DNA of 35,836 nucleotides from a virus (Duplodnaviria; Heunggongvirae; Uroviricota; Caudoviricetes): IMG/VR virus record IMGVR_UViG_2645727821_000018; one strand, 5' to 3'. Shown piece by piece: positions 26,806 to 35,836 of this stretch (position 1 is its first letter; each line of letters starts with the position of its first letter). The notes under the pieces were generated by a model. It saw only the letters and a program-made list of their open reading frames with translations, ran no database searches and was not told where the DNA came from. The position numbers and the translations under genes were made by a program.

Positions 26806-26954
26806 CGGCTGAATACCTCACTGATCGCTTCTTTGACTGCGCCAGCTACTGGCGCATTAATCCCTTCGAATTGCTGAATATGCCGATCAGTGAAATTCCC
26901 TTGCTGGTCAGTCAGGCAAACAGGATAGAGCAGGAGAAACGCACACATGGCTGA
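26772..26954 (+). CDS. Tail assembly chaperone frameshift extension (GT-like long form via -1 frameshift)
   Basis: ORF in the -1 frame overlapping the chaperone 3' end; entered from the slippery sequence T_TTT_TTC at 26787-26793; ends at the tape-measure start. Confidence 0.55.
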   Translation: MACGWFFPPGLTAEYLTDRFFDCASYWRINPFELLNMPISEIPLLVSQANRIEQEKRTHG

Positions 26955-28782
26955 ATTTGAGCTTAAGGCGTTGATCACCGGTGTCGACAGGCTTTCTCCC
27001 GCGCTGTCGAAAATGCAAAAGAAAATCCGGGGATTTAAACGCCAGGCGGAAGAAGCGTCACAGGGTGGGCTGGCGCTTGGTGGCGGACTGGCTGCGGGTC
27101 TGACGCTTTCCCTGAAATCTTATGCCGATCAGGAAAACGCCGCCACCGGGCTGAAAGTTGCCATGATGGATGCGAACGGTGAGGTCGGAAAGCGCTTTCA
27201 GGACATCAATAAACTGGCTATTGGTCTGGGTAACCAGCTACCCGGTACAACGGCTGATTTCCAGAACATGATGCAGATGCTGGTGCGTCAGGGGATCCCG
27301 GCAGAAAACATTCTTGGCGGTGTGGGTAAAGCGACAGCTTATCTTGCGGTACAACTGAAAAAAACACCGGAAGCGGCTGCCGAGTTTGCCGCAAAGATGC
27401 AGGATGCTACCGGAACGGCGTCAGAAGACATGATGGGGCTGTTCGACACTATCCAGAAGGCGTTTTATCTGGGCGTTGACGATACCAACATGTTGTCCTT
27501 CTTCACTAAAACCAGCTCTGTTCTGAAGATGGTGAACAAGGACGGTCTTCAGGCTGCACAGAGCCTTGCCCCCATCAGCGTCATGATGGATCAGATGGGG
27601 ATGAACGGGGAGTCGGCAGGTAACGCCCTGCGAAAAGTTATCCAGTCCGGATTAAGCGTTAAGAAAATCAGGGACGTCAATAAAGTCATGGCCCGCCAGA
27701 AACTCGGGGTACAGCTCGATTTTACTGACGGCAAAGGGAGTTTTGGCGGTCTTGATAACATGTTCAGGCAACTGGCAAAGCTGCGAAAACTGACCGACGT
27801 TAAGCGAACTGGTGTACTTAAGGCAATATTTGGTGATGATGCCGAAACCCTTCAGGTGGTCAATGCACTAATCGATAAAGGAAAGGATGGCTACGACCAG
27901 ATCCAGCAGAAGATGAATAAACAGGCCAGTCTGAATAAACGTGTTCAGGCACAGCTTGGTACGCTGTCCAACCTGTGGGAGGCAATGACAGGGACCGCAA
28001 CTAACGGCCTTGCGGCTATTGGCGGCGCATTTTCTGGTGACGCTAAAAATATCACGCAATGGCTGGGGGAGTTGGGGGAGAAATTCACGAAGTTTGCGGA
28101 TGAAAATCCCCGGGTTATTCGCGGCGTCGTCGGGCTTGCTGCCGGTCTTGCGATTCTGAAACTGGGATTGATGGGCGTTGGCGGTGCCATCAGTATTGTC
28201 AGCAGGATCATGTCGATGACGCCGATTGGCATGATTGCGACGGCGATAGCCCTGGCTGCGGGATTAATTATCACTAACTGGGATGTTGTCGGACCTTATT
28301 TCAAGAAGCTCTGGGAAACCATTGGTCCTTATTTTGAGGCTGGCCGGGAACTTCTGAAGAAGGTTTTTGCCTGGTCGCCGCTGGGGATGGTAATCAATAA
28401 CTGGGGACCGGTTGTTAAGTGGTTTCAGGATATGTGGGACAAGCTGAAGCCAATTATTGAGTGGTTTACCGACAGTTCCGGTGACACGGTCGATGCCATT
28501 AACTCTGCGCAGTGGGGCGCGGGTGCTTATGATGCTTATGGGACGGGAATACCGGCACGGGGATACACACCTTATCAGGCGGTGGATCCGGCTCAGTCAA
28601 ACAACGCCTCCGGTGCCACAGGCCCGAATCCCTTCATGATTAACAAAGCTTCTGCGCCAAAAGTTGATGGTGAGATCAAGGTCTCTTTTGTGAATTCACC
28701 TCCGGGTATGCGGGTTATGGAAACGCGATCCAGCGGTTTTGATGTCAGCCATGATGTTGGCTATACGCGCTTTGGCAGGTAA
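26947..28782 (+). CDS. Tail tape measure protein
   Basis: 611 aa; Ala/Gly-rich repetitive helical segments with hydrophobic stretches, as in tape measure proteins. Confidence 0.9.
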   Translation: MAEFELKALITGVDRLSPALSKMQKKIRGFKRQAEEASQGGLALGGGLAAGLTLSLKSYADQENAATGLKVAMMDANGEVGKRFQDINKLAIGLGNQLPGTTADFQNMMQMLVRQGIPAENILGGVGKATAYLAVQLKKTPEAAAEFAAKMQDATGTASEDMMGLFDTIQKAFYLGVDDTNMLSFFTKTSSVLKMVNKDGLQAAQSLAPISVMMDQMGMNGESAGNALRKVIQSGLSVKKIRDVNKVMARQKLGVQLDFTDGKGSFGGLDNMFRQLAKLRKLTDVKRTGVLKAIFGDDAETLQVVNALIDKGKDGYDQIQQKMNKQASLNKRVQAQLGTLSNLWEAMTGTATNGLAAIGGAFSGDAKNITQWLGELGEKFTKFADENPRVIRGVVGLAAGLAILKLGLMGVGGAISIVSRIMSMTPIGMIATAIALAAGLIITNWDVVGPYFKKLWETIGPYFEAGRELLKKVFAWSPLGMVINNWGPVVKWFQDMWDKLKPIIEWFTDSSGDTVDAINSAQWGAGAYDAYGTGIPARGYTPYQAVDPAQSNNASGATGPNPFMINKASAPKVDGEIKVSFVNSPPGMRVMETRSSGFDVSHDVGYTRFGR

Positions 28783-28842
28783 TGAAAAATTAATCTGTTA
28801 ATGAGTCCCACTCCGGTGGGATTTTTTATGTACGGAGTTTAT

Positions 28843-30171
28843 ATGACGTGGAAAGACAGACTTCAGGACGCGTCATTTCGCGGTGTGCCGTTTAAGGTTG
28901 AAGAAGAAAGTGCGGGAACCGGTCGTCGTGTGGAAACGCACGAATACCCGAACCGCGACAAACCCTATACCGAAGACCTGGGGAAAATCACTTTCCGCCC
29001 GTCCATCACAGCTTATGTGGTGGGAGATGACTGCTTTGACCAGCGCGATCGCCTGATTGACGCGCTGAATAAACCCGGTCCCGGCACGCTTGTCCATCCG
29101 ACTTACGGTGAGCTGAAAGTCTGTGTTGACGGGGAAGTTCGGGTCAGCACATCGAAGAGTGAAGGGCGTATTGTCCGCTTTGACCTGAAGTTTGTCGAAG
29201 CGGGAGAACTCTCTTACCCCACTTCAGGTGCGGCGACGGCGCAGACGCTGATGTCATCCTGTTCTGCACTGGATGACTGCATCAGTGACAGCTTCAGTGG
29301 TTTCAGTATCGATGGCGTGGCAGATTTTGTGCAGAACGACGTCGTCGGTAATGCCAGCACAATGCTTGGGTATGTTTCTGATGCGATGAAAGTGGTGGAT
29401 TCTGCCGTATCGGATGCCGCCAGGCTGTTGCAGGGGGATATCTCGGTACTTCTGCCGCCGCCATCGTCAGGCAAAAATTTCGTTGAGCAGGTGCAGAAAA
29501 TGTGGCGTACCGGGAAACGCCTTTATGGTAACGCCAGCGACCTGGTCACCATGATCAAAACGCTTTCCGGTGTCAGCCTCGGCAGCGATCTGCAACCGCG
29601 CGGCGTCTGGAAAACGGACAGTAAAACCACCGCCACGGCGACGCAGCAGCGTAACGTGGTTGCCAGCACCCTTCGTACGACCGCAATCAGCGAAGCGGCG
29701 TATGCCGTCACACGATTGCCTGCGCCCACAACTTCCGCGGTGATGCAGAATGCCACAGTGGGGCAGTCAACAACACCCGCGCAGAGCACCGGCTGGCCTT
29801 CTGTCACGCATCCGGCACTGAACAATGCACCGGCGGTGAAAAACACGGTTGACCTGCCAACGTGGGAAGAACTGACCGACATTCGCGACACACTGAATAC
29901 GGCAATTGATAAGGAGTTGTCCCGTACAACCAGTGATGTGCTGTTTCTGGCGCTGCGCCGGGTGAAAGCAGATCTGAATGCGGATATCAACACGCGCCTT
30001 GAACAGTCTGCACGGATCATTCAGCGCACACCGGATGAGGTTTTACCCGCGCTGGTGCTGGCGGCGACCTGGTTTGATAACGCGGCGCGTGACGCGGACA
30101 TTATCCGGCGTAATGCCATTACGCATCCCGGCTTTGTGCCGGTGATCCCTCTGAAGGTGCCAGTGCAATGA
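28843..30171 (+). CDS. DNA circularisation protein (Mu gpN-like)
   Basis: N-terminal WKDRLQDASFRGVPF...HEYP motif typical of Mu N-like proteins; ATG at 28843 after an SD (the ORF track starts at 28801). Confidence 0.8.
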   Translation: MTWKDRLQDASFRGVPFKVEEESAGTGRRVETHEYPNRDKPYTEDLGKITFRPSITAYVVGDDCFDQRDRLIDALNKPGPGTLVHPTYGELKVCVDGEVRVSTSKSEGRIVRFDLKFVEAGELSYPTSGAATAQTLMSSCSALDDCISDSFSGFSIDGVADFVQNDVVGNASTMLGYVSDAMKVVDSAVSDAARLLQGDISVLLPPPSSGKNFVEQVQKMWRTGKRLYGNASDLVTMIKTLSGVSLGSDLQPRGVWKTDSKTTATATQQRNVVASTLRTTAISEAAYAVTRLPAPTTSAVMQNATVGQSTTPAQSTGWPSVTHPALNNAPAVKNTVDLPTWEELTDIRDTLNTAIDKELSRTTSDVLFLALRRVKADLNADINTRLEQSARIIQRTPDEVLPALVLAATWFDNAARDADIIRRNAITHPGFVPVIPLKVPVQ

Positions 30172-31247
30172 ACGATAACGTCACGCTACGGGTAAATGGC
30201 CGGGAGTGGAATGGCTGGACATCGGTGCGCATCGGTGCCGGTATTGAACGGCTGGCGCGGGATTTCAGTGTGGAGATCACCCGCCAGTGGCCGGGTGATG
30301 AGGGTATCACCACGCTTCAGCCGCGCATTAAAAACGGTTCAAAAGTGGAGGTGCTGATTGGTGATGAGCTGGTGATCACCGGCTGGGTGGAGGCGACGCC
30401 CGTTCGTTACGATGCCCGTTCGGTCAGCACCGGTATTGCCGGACGCAGTCTGACCGCTGACCTGATTGACTGTGCAGCCGAACCGACACAGTTTAACGGA
30501 CGATCGCTGGTACAGATTGCGCAGGCGCTTGCTGCGCCTTTCGGCATTGAGGTGGTGAACAACGGTGCGCCGTCGGGTGTTATTCCTGACGTCCAGCCCG
30601 ATCACGGTGAAACGGTGATTGAGGTAATCAACAAAATACTCGGTCAGCAGCAGGCACTGGCTTACGACGACCCACACGGCAGGCTGGTGATTGGCGGTAT
30701 TGGCTCAACGCGGGCACATACTGCGCTGGTACTCGGGGAAAACATCCTTTCCTGCGATACGGAGAAGAGTATCCGGGAGCGGTTTTCTGTTTACCAGGTG
30801 GCGGGGCAGCGTGCTGGAAACGACGATGATTTCGGTGAGGCCACCACCAGCGCGCTGCGGGCCCGCACAGAGGACGCATTTATTGCCCGTTACCGTCCGA
30901 TGTATATCAGGCAGACAGGGCAGGCTACGGGGGCAGGCTGTATTGCGCGTGCTGACTTTGAAGCCCGACAACGGGCGGCGCGGACGGATGAAACCACCTA
31001 TGTGGTGCAGGGCTGGCGACAGGGTAACGGTACGCTGTGGCAGCCCAACCAGCGGGTGATTGTCTTCGATCCGGTCTGTGGTTTCGACAATACCGAACTG
31101 CTTGTCTCGGAAGTCACGTTTACTCAGGACCAGAACGGCACCCTGACGGAAATCCGTGTCGGCCCACCTGATGCTTATCTGCCTGAACCCGAAGCCCCCG
31201 GCGCGCGGAAAAAGAAAAAAGCCAGAGTACAGGAGGACCCGTTCTGA
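30168..31247 (+). CDS. Baseplate hub protein (Mu gp44/P-like)
   Basis: 359 aa; gene order and sizes 359/182/142/352/194 aa parallel Mu gp44-gp48. Confidence 0.8.
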   Translation: MNDNVTLRVNGREWNGWTSVRIGAGIERLARDFSVEITRQWPGDEGITTLQPRIKNGSKVEVLIGDELVITGWVEATPVRYDARSVSTGIAGRSLTADLIDCAAEPTQFNGRSLVQIAQALAAPFGIEVVNNGAPSGVIPDVQPDHGETVIEVINKILGQQQALAYDDPHGRLVIGGIGSTRAHTALVLGENILSCDTEKSIRERFSVYQVAGQRAGNDDDFGEATTSALRARTEDAFIARYRPMYIRQTGQATGAGCIARADFEARQRAARTDETTYVVQGWRQGNGTLWQPNQRVIVFDPVCGFDNTELLVSEVTFTQDQNGTLTEIRVGPPDAYLPEPEAPGARKKKKARVQEDPF

Positions 31248-31795
31248 TGAGTACGATTGAAGCCATGCAGCGACAACTCCTCGGCCTGATTGGGCGGGCA
31301 GTGGTGAAAAGCATCAGTGCCGCCACGAAATGTCAGACCGTGGATGTGTCCCTGATTGCCGGTGAACCCAAAGCCGGGGTTGAACATCTTGAACCCTACG
31401 GTTTTACCGCAAGGGCAAACAGCGGTGCGGAAGCGGTGGTGTTGTTTCCGGATGGTGACCGTTCTCATGCGGTGGTTGTTACGGTGTCGGACCGGCGCTA
31501 CCGCCTGAAAGGGCTGCAGACGGGTGAGGTGGCGGTCTATGACGATCAGGGGCAGTCTGTGACGCTGACCCGGGAGGGGATCGTGGTGGACGGTGCAGGT
31601 AAAACGATCACGTTTCGCAATGCACCTGAAGCACGTTTTGAAATGGACCTGGAAGTGACAGGACAGGTGAAAGACCTGTGCGACTCCAGCGGCACCACCA
31701 TGTCAGCGATGCGGCTTGCCTATAACGGGCATCGTCACAGAGAGAACGGTCAGGGCAGTAACACCGACAAACCTGATAAAGCGATGGAGGCATGA
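31247..31795 (+). CDS. Baseplate spike / assembly protein V-like (Mu gp45-like)
   Basis: 182 aa at the expected position. Confidence 0.75.
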   Translation: MSTIEAMQRQLLGLIGRAVVKSISAATKCQTVDVSLIAGEPKAGVEHLEPYGFTARANSGAEAVVLFPDGDRSHAVVVTVSDRRYRLKGLQTGEVAVYDDQGQSVTLTREGIVVDGAGKTITFRNAPEARFEMDLEVTGQVKDLCDSSGTTMSAMRLAYNGHRHRENGQGSNTDKPDKAMEA

Positions 31796-32220
31796 TGGAA
31801 CTGTGGCTGACGGTGAACGGTAAACGCACCTGCGCCAGCGCACCGCTGGATCCGCTGACCCGCGCCGTGGTGATTTCCCTGTTTACCTGGCGGCGGGCGG
31901 AGCCTGATGACAACGCCGACGTCCCGATGGGATGGTGGGGGGATACCTGGCCTGCGGTACAGAATGACCGTTACGGCTCCCGACTGTGGCTGCTTCAGCG
32001 CAGCAAACTGACCAATCAGCTGGTGCAGACGGTAAGGGGGTATATCCGCGAATGCCTGCAATGGATGATTGATGACGGCGTGGTGTCCCGTATTGATCTG
32101 GATATCCTCCGCACCGGGATTAATGAACTGGGTAACAGTATCACTCTCTGGCGTCGTGACGGACCGGTAATGATTTCTTTAGATGATCTGTGGAGTGCGA
32201 TAACGCATGGCGGACAGTGA
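31792..32220 (+). CDS. Baseplate protein (GP46 / gpW-like)
   Basis: 142 aa at the expected position. Confidence 0.75.
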   Translation: MMELWLTVNGKRTCASAPLDPLTRAVVISLFTWRRAEPDDNADVPMGWWGDTWPAVQNDRYGSRLWLLQRSKLTNQLVQTVRGYIRECLQWMIDDGVVSRIDLDILRTGINELGNSITLWRRDGPVMISLDDLWSAITHGGQ

Positions 32221-33265
32221 ATTTCAGCGCCCGACGCTGGCAGAAAATATCAGTATGCTCCGTAACGATTTATTCGCCAGGCTGGACGTCAGCGACACGC
32301 TCCGGCGCATGGATGAAGACGTGCGGGCAAAGGTGTATGCGGCGGCGCTGCATACGGTTTACGGGTACATCGATTATCTGGCAATGAACATGCTGCCTGA
32401 CCTGTGCGATGAGTCCTGGCTGGCGCGACATGCTGCGATGAAACGGTGTCCGCGCAAGGGGGCCACGACTGCCAGCGGGTATATGCGCTGGGAAGGCGTC
32501 AGCGATGGCCTGAAGGTGACCGCCGGGAGTGTTATTCAGCGCGATGACCTGATTCAGTACACGGCAACTGCCGATGCAACCAGCGCCGGTGGTGTCCTGC
32601 GCGTGCCGATCGCCTGCTCAAGTGCAGGCGCGGTCGGTAACGCTGACGACGGTACGTCATTAATCCTGGTCACGCCGGTTAATGGTCTGCCGTCTTCCGG
32701 CGTGGCAGACACTCTGACAGGTGGATTTGATACTGAAGAGCTGGAAACGTGGCGCGCCCGCGTCATTGAGCGGTATTACTGGACGCCTCAGGGCGGGGCT
32801 GACGGGGACTATGTTGTCTGGGCTAAAGAATTGCCCGGCATTACCCGCGCATGGGCATACCGTCACTGGATGGGAACGGGGACTGTCGGTGTGATGATTG
32901 CCAGCAGTGACCTGATTAATCCCATTCCGGAAGAATCAACGGAAACGGCGGCAAGACAACATATCGGGCCACTGGCCCCGGTGGCAGGCTCTGATTTGTA
33001 TGTGTTCAGGCCGGTGGCGCATACGGTGGATTTTCATATCCGTGTGACGCCGGATACACCGGAAATACGGGCTGCCATCACCGCGGAGTTGCGTTCGTTC
33101 CTGCTGCGTGATGGTTATCCGCAGGGAGAACTGAAGGTGTCGCGTATCAGTGAAGCGATTTCCGGTGCGAACGGGGAATACAGCCATCAATTGCTTGCAC
33201 CGGCGGAAAATATCTCCATTGCAAAAAATGAACTGGCGGTTCTGGGGACGATTTCATGGGCGTGA
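32207..33265 (+). CDS. Baseplate J-like wedge protein (Mu gp47-like)
   Basis: 352 aa at the expected position. Confidence 0.85.
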   Translation: MADSEFQRPTLAENISMLRNDLFARLDVSDTLRRMDEDVRAKVYAAALHTVYGYIDYLAMNMLPDLCDESWLARHAAMKRCPRKGATTASGYMRWEGVSDGLKVTAGSVIQRDDLIQYTATADATSAGGVLRVPIACSSAGAVGNADDGTSLILVTPVNGLPSSGVADTLTGGFDTEELETWRARVIERYYWTPQGGADGDYVVWAKELPGITRAWAYRHWMGTGTVGVMIASSDLINPIPEESTETAARQHIGPLAPVAGSDLYVFRPVAHTVDFHIRVTPDTPEIRAAITAELRSFLLRDGYPQGELKVSRISEAISGANGEYSHQLLAPAENISIAKNELAVLGTISWA

Positions 33266-33840
33266 CAAACGATGATTACATCCGTCTGTTGTCGGCACTG
33301 CTGCCGCCCGGTCCGGCGTGGTCAGCCAGCGATCCGGCGATTGCCGGTGCGGCACAGTCATTAACCCGCGTTCATCAGCGTGCGGATGCCCTGATGCGGG
33401 AGCTGGATCCGCGCACCACCACCGAACTGATAAATCGCTGGGAGCGTCTGTGCGGCCTGCCGGATGAATGTATTCCCGCAGGAACACAGACCCTTCGCCA
33501 GCGTCAGCAACGACTGGATGCGAAGGTTAACCTGGCGGGCGGCATCAATGAGGATTTTTACCTTGCACAGCTTGCTGCCCTGGGCAGACCAGACGCCACC
33601 ATCACGCGATACGACAAAAGCACGTTCACCTGCTCATCGGCCTGTACTGACGCGGTGAATGCGCCGGAATGGCGGTATTACTGGCAGGTCAACATGCCAG
33701 CCGCCACCAACAGCACCTGGATGACATGTGGCGATCCCTGTGATTCCGCGCTGCGTATCTGGGGCGACACCGTCGTCGAATGTGTGCTTAACAAACTCTG
33801 CCCTTCGCATACCTACGTAATTTTTAAATATCCGGAGTAA
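33256..33840 (+). CDS. Tail protein of the YmfQ / DUF2313 family (Mu gp48-like)
   Basis: 194 aa, same size as E. coli e14 YmfQ; immediately upstream of the tail-fibre gene. Confidence 0.8.
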   Translation: MGVTNDDYIRLLSALLPPGPAWSASDPAIAGAAQSLTRVHQRADALMRELDPRTTTELINRWERLCGLPDECIPAGTQTLRQRQQRLDAKVNLAGGINEDFYLAQLAALGRPDATITRYDKSTFTCSSACTDAVNAPEWRYYWQVNMPAATNSTWMTCGDPCDSALRIWGDTVVECVLNKLCPSHTYVIFKYPE

Positions 33841-33843
33841 TCC

Positions 33844-34299
33844 ATGCATCGTATAGACACGAAAACCGCGCAGAAGGATAAGTTCGGCGCGGGTAAGAAC
33901 GGTTTTACCCGTGGTAACCCCCAGACAGGCACGCCTGCCACCGATCTGGATGATGACTACTTTGACATGTTGCAGGAAGAACTCTGCAGCGTGGTGGAGG
34001 CATCCGGTGCCAGTCTGGAGAAGGCGCGGCACGACCAGCTGCTTACCGCGCTTCGTGCGCTGCTGTTAAGCCGCAAGAATCCGTTTAGCGATATCAAATC
34101 GGACGGCACGGTGAAAACGGCTCTCGAAAACCTTGGTTTGGGAGAAGTAATAAGGTGCTGGGCGTTATCCCTCTGGTATCAACAACAGCTTATGGTGGTG
34201 TATCCAGTAATATTACAGGTTCATACGCGACGGCGGTTTGTTCTTTTGCCGCTGTCAGGGGGAATAATACGATTGTGTTCAAAGTCGACAAACCACTGA
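33844..34299 (+). CDS. Tail-fibre constant N-terminal region; in this orientation it runs out of frame into the invertible segment
   Basis: N-terminus [22 protein letters not shown] is typical of side tail fibre proteins. After the crossover site at about 34145 the frame continues for about 50 codons of non-protein-like sequence to a stop at 34297-34299. Confidence 0.7.
   Translation: MHRIDTKTAQKDKFGAGKNGFTRGNPQTGTPATDLDDDYFDMLQEELCSVVEASGASLEKARHDQLLTALRALLLSRKNPFSDIKSDGTVKTALENLGLGEVIRCWALSLWYQQQLMVVYPVILQVHTRRRFVLLPLSGGIIRLCSKSTNH
34121..34146 (+). other. Hin/Gin/Pin-family invertase crossover site (left end of invertible segment)
   Basis: CTCTCGAAAACC-TT-GGTTTGGGAGAA is a 26-bp imperfect palindrome resembling hix/gix sites. 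The right half plus three bases (TTGGTTTGGGAGAAG, 34133-34147) is repeated in inverted orientation at 35812-35826. Confidence 0.7.
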
Positions 34300-34352
34300 A
34301 TGCAGCCTTTCCTTCAGATACCAGCGTCTCAGCGTTAATCATTGGACGGTAA
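34155..34352 (+). CDS. Tail-fibre variable C-terminal domain 1 (segment-internal; out of frame with the constant region in this orientation)
   Basis: Protein-like reading frame ending with TAA 2 nt before the assembly-gene ATG, but shifted by one nucleotide relative to the constant-region frame. Confidence 0.45.
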   Translation: MLGVIPLVSTTAYGGVSSNITGSYATAVCSFAAVRGNNTIVFKVDKPLNAAFPSDTSVSALIIGR

Positions 34353-34354
34353 TA

Positions 34355-34798
34355 ATGAACTCAGTATTCTTTTCACCCGGAAGTAAAAGTTTTTATCTGC
34401 AAGAATTGTTTCCAGAATATGAGGATGCGGGAACGCTTCCTGATGATGTTATTGAAATTACCAGAGAAACATATGAGCAATTTCTTGGTCTGCATCCAGA
34501 AGGGAAAGAAATTGGCGCTGACAGTTCAGGACGGCCAGTATGGATTAATTCCCCACCCCCTTCAAAAGAGGATGAGGTGTTGACGGCTGAAATGAAAAAA
34601 ATATCTTTGGTTTCAGAAGTCAATACCTACATCAATACCCATCAGTGGCCTGGCAAAGCTGCTATTGGTCGTCTGAAAGGCGAGGAACTGGCGCAATATA
34701 ATTCGTGGCTGGATTATCTGGACGCACTGGAACTGGTCGATACTTCCTGTGCGCCAGATATTGAATGGCCTACGCCTCCGGCAGTTCAGGCCAGATGA
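34355..34798 (+). CDS. Tail fibre assembly protein
   Basis: 147 aa; C-terminal region resembles tail fibre assembly chaperones; coupled to the fibre C-terminal domain. Confidence 0.8.
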   Translation: MNSVFFSPGSKSFYLQELFPEYEDAGTLPDDVIEITRETYEQFLGLHPEGKEIGADSSGRPVWINSPPPSKEDEVLTAEMKKISLVSEVNTYINTHQWPGKAAIGRLKGEELAQYNSWLDYLDALELVDTSCAPDIEWPTPPAVQAR

Positions 34799-35372
34799 CA
34801 TCCGGCGCTGTGCTGGTATTTGTTGCCGTCACCGCGTCAATGTAATCCAGCACAGCGTTAAGCCGGGTTGTTTCTGCCTGCATCAGCTTCCGTCCGGCCT
34901 GTAATTTCAGCTGAATCAGACCGATGGAAGCCATTGCAGCATCAATCAGTGACTGACGCTGTGCTTCTGCCGCGTCTACTGCGGCGCTATGCTGTGCCTC
35001 AGTATCGGTCACCCATTTCTCACCATCCCATTTATCGTATGGCGTTAATGGGGCAATAGTGGTTGTATTTTCGGGGTAATCACCCGGTGCTGTGATTTGT
35101 TTTGATTCTCCCGTTTCGGTGTTATAGACGATTTCACCGCGATGGTCTGGCACATATTCCCATGAATTTAAATTCACAGAACGACAGATAGCATAACCCG
35201 CCTTATGTATACCTGGTGCATCCAGACAGGAATATGCCGGGATACCAACACCAACGGCAAGATATTCACTTGAAGTGGAAATATATTCCCGAGTTTCACC
35301 ATCATAGTTATAAACGGTAATATCCCCTGCCTTTGTAGCAACAAGTCCACTATTTAATATTGCTTTATCCAT
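34770..35372 (-). CDS. Tail fibre assembly protein (alternative, opposite orientation)
   Basis: 200 aa; C-terminal ...DYIDAVTATNTSTAPDVIWPELPEA parallels the C-terminus of the plus-strand assembly protein. Confidence 0.8.
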   Translation of the reverse strand: MDKAILNSGLVATKAGDITVYNYDGETREYISTSSEYLAVGVGIPAYSCLDAPGIHKAGYAICRSVNLNSWEYVPDHRGEIVYNTETGESKQITAPGDYPENTTTIAPLTPYDKWDGEKWVTDTEAQHSAAVDAAEAQRQSLIDAAMASIGLIQLKLQAGRKLMQAETTRLNAVLDYIDAVTATNTSTAPDVIWPELPEA

Positions 35373-35826
35373 TATGCTGCTCTCACGATATAGTTAAATG
35401 CAATGTTGCGTGGACGGGTATCGACGGGGTTAACGGCCACTGTACCCGACACGGACTGGTCATTACCGTTGCTAACGGTAATGTTACTACTGGTTGATCC
35501 AATCCCTACTGAATCGGTAAATTTAGCACCTGAGCCGCTCAAAGTTCCCGAGATGATAGCTAGCTCCACATAAAAAGTACCTACAGTTGGCTCTTGTGTT
35601 GACAGCACCGCACGCCTTGAATCAACGCCGCGCCCATCATCCCAGCCACGAATAAACTCACCACGTAAATCAGGCAATTTATTTGTCGGATAAGCCTTTG
35701 CCAGTTCCGGGTATTCTTCAGCAGAAAAAGCCGCACCGTTGCATTTCAGCCAGCCTGTTGGCGGTGTGGCTGAAGGCCATGGAACAGGCACACCAACAGG
35801 TAATGCAGAGCCTTCTCCCAAACCAA
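35372..35826 (-). CDS. Alternative tail-fibre variable C-terminal domain 2 (no start codon of its own; would be fused in-frame to the constant region after inversion)
   Basis: Minus-strand frame is open from the crossover site and reads ...FGLGEGSALPVGVPVPWPS...GWLKCNGAAFSAEEYPELAKAYP, typical of fibre C-terminal domains. The GGT TTG GGA GAA codons are in the same phase as at the left site. Confidence 0.75.
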
Positions 35827-35836
35827 AGCGGTACAA
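35811..35836 (-). other. Invertase crossover site (right end), truncated by the window edge
   Basis: Minus strand reads TTGTACCGCT-TT-GGTTTGGGAGAA-GG; it shares TTGGTTTGGGAGAAG with the left site; the outer half-site runs 2 bp past the window end. Confidence 0.6.

Larger units (their letters stand above)
34133..35826. mobile_element. Invertible tail-fibre segment (Mu G / e14 P-segment-like), about 1.7 kb
   Basis: 15-bp inverted repeats at both ends; contents are a fibre C-terminal domain and assembly gene on the plus strand and an assembly gene and alternative fibre C-terminal domain on the minus strand, arranged convergently. Confidence 0.7.
947..35836. mobile_element. Temperate prophage, probably complete or nearly so up to the window edge; mosaic of lambdoid control and lysis genes, HK97-type head and Mu/e14-type contractile tail
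   Basis: Continuous canonical order: int, xis, early operon, cI/cro, replication, Q, lysis, HNH and terminase, portal-protease-capsid, connector proteins, sheath-tube-tape measure, baseplate, invertible fibre segment. The left att site was not identified and the right end lies beyond the window. Confidence 0.9.

Noticed and set aside
29523-31468. Antisense and off-frame ORFs inside the DNA-circularisation and baseplate hub genes
   Set aside because: Same reasoning: embedded in well-supported genes, biased composition, no independent translation signals.

Overview
Almost the whole window is one temperate prophage, read left to right from its integrase end: int/xis (947-2325, minus strand), a leftward early operon, a CI/Cro-type immunity switch, replication and regulatory genes ending in antiterminator Q, a lysis cassette (holin, lambda R-type endolysin, Rz/Rz1), an HK97-type packaging and head module, and a Mu/e14-type contractile tail and baseplate ending in an invertible tail-fibre segment that runs to the window edge. 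No tRNA, rRNA or CRISPR array was found. The most interesting loci are the accessory ones: a two-gene cassette outside the integrase (1-955), an AT-rich multi-pass membrane protein next to xis, a 470-bp dyad-rich untranslated region upstream of the leftward operon, a small gene between Q and the holin, an AT-rich island between Rz and the terminase genes, and the tail-fibre inversion switch. All calls rest on reading the supplied ORF translations and the DNA by eye; family names are recognition-level and no database search was run.
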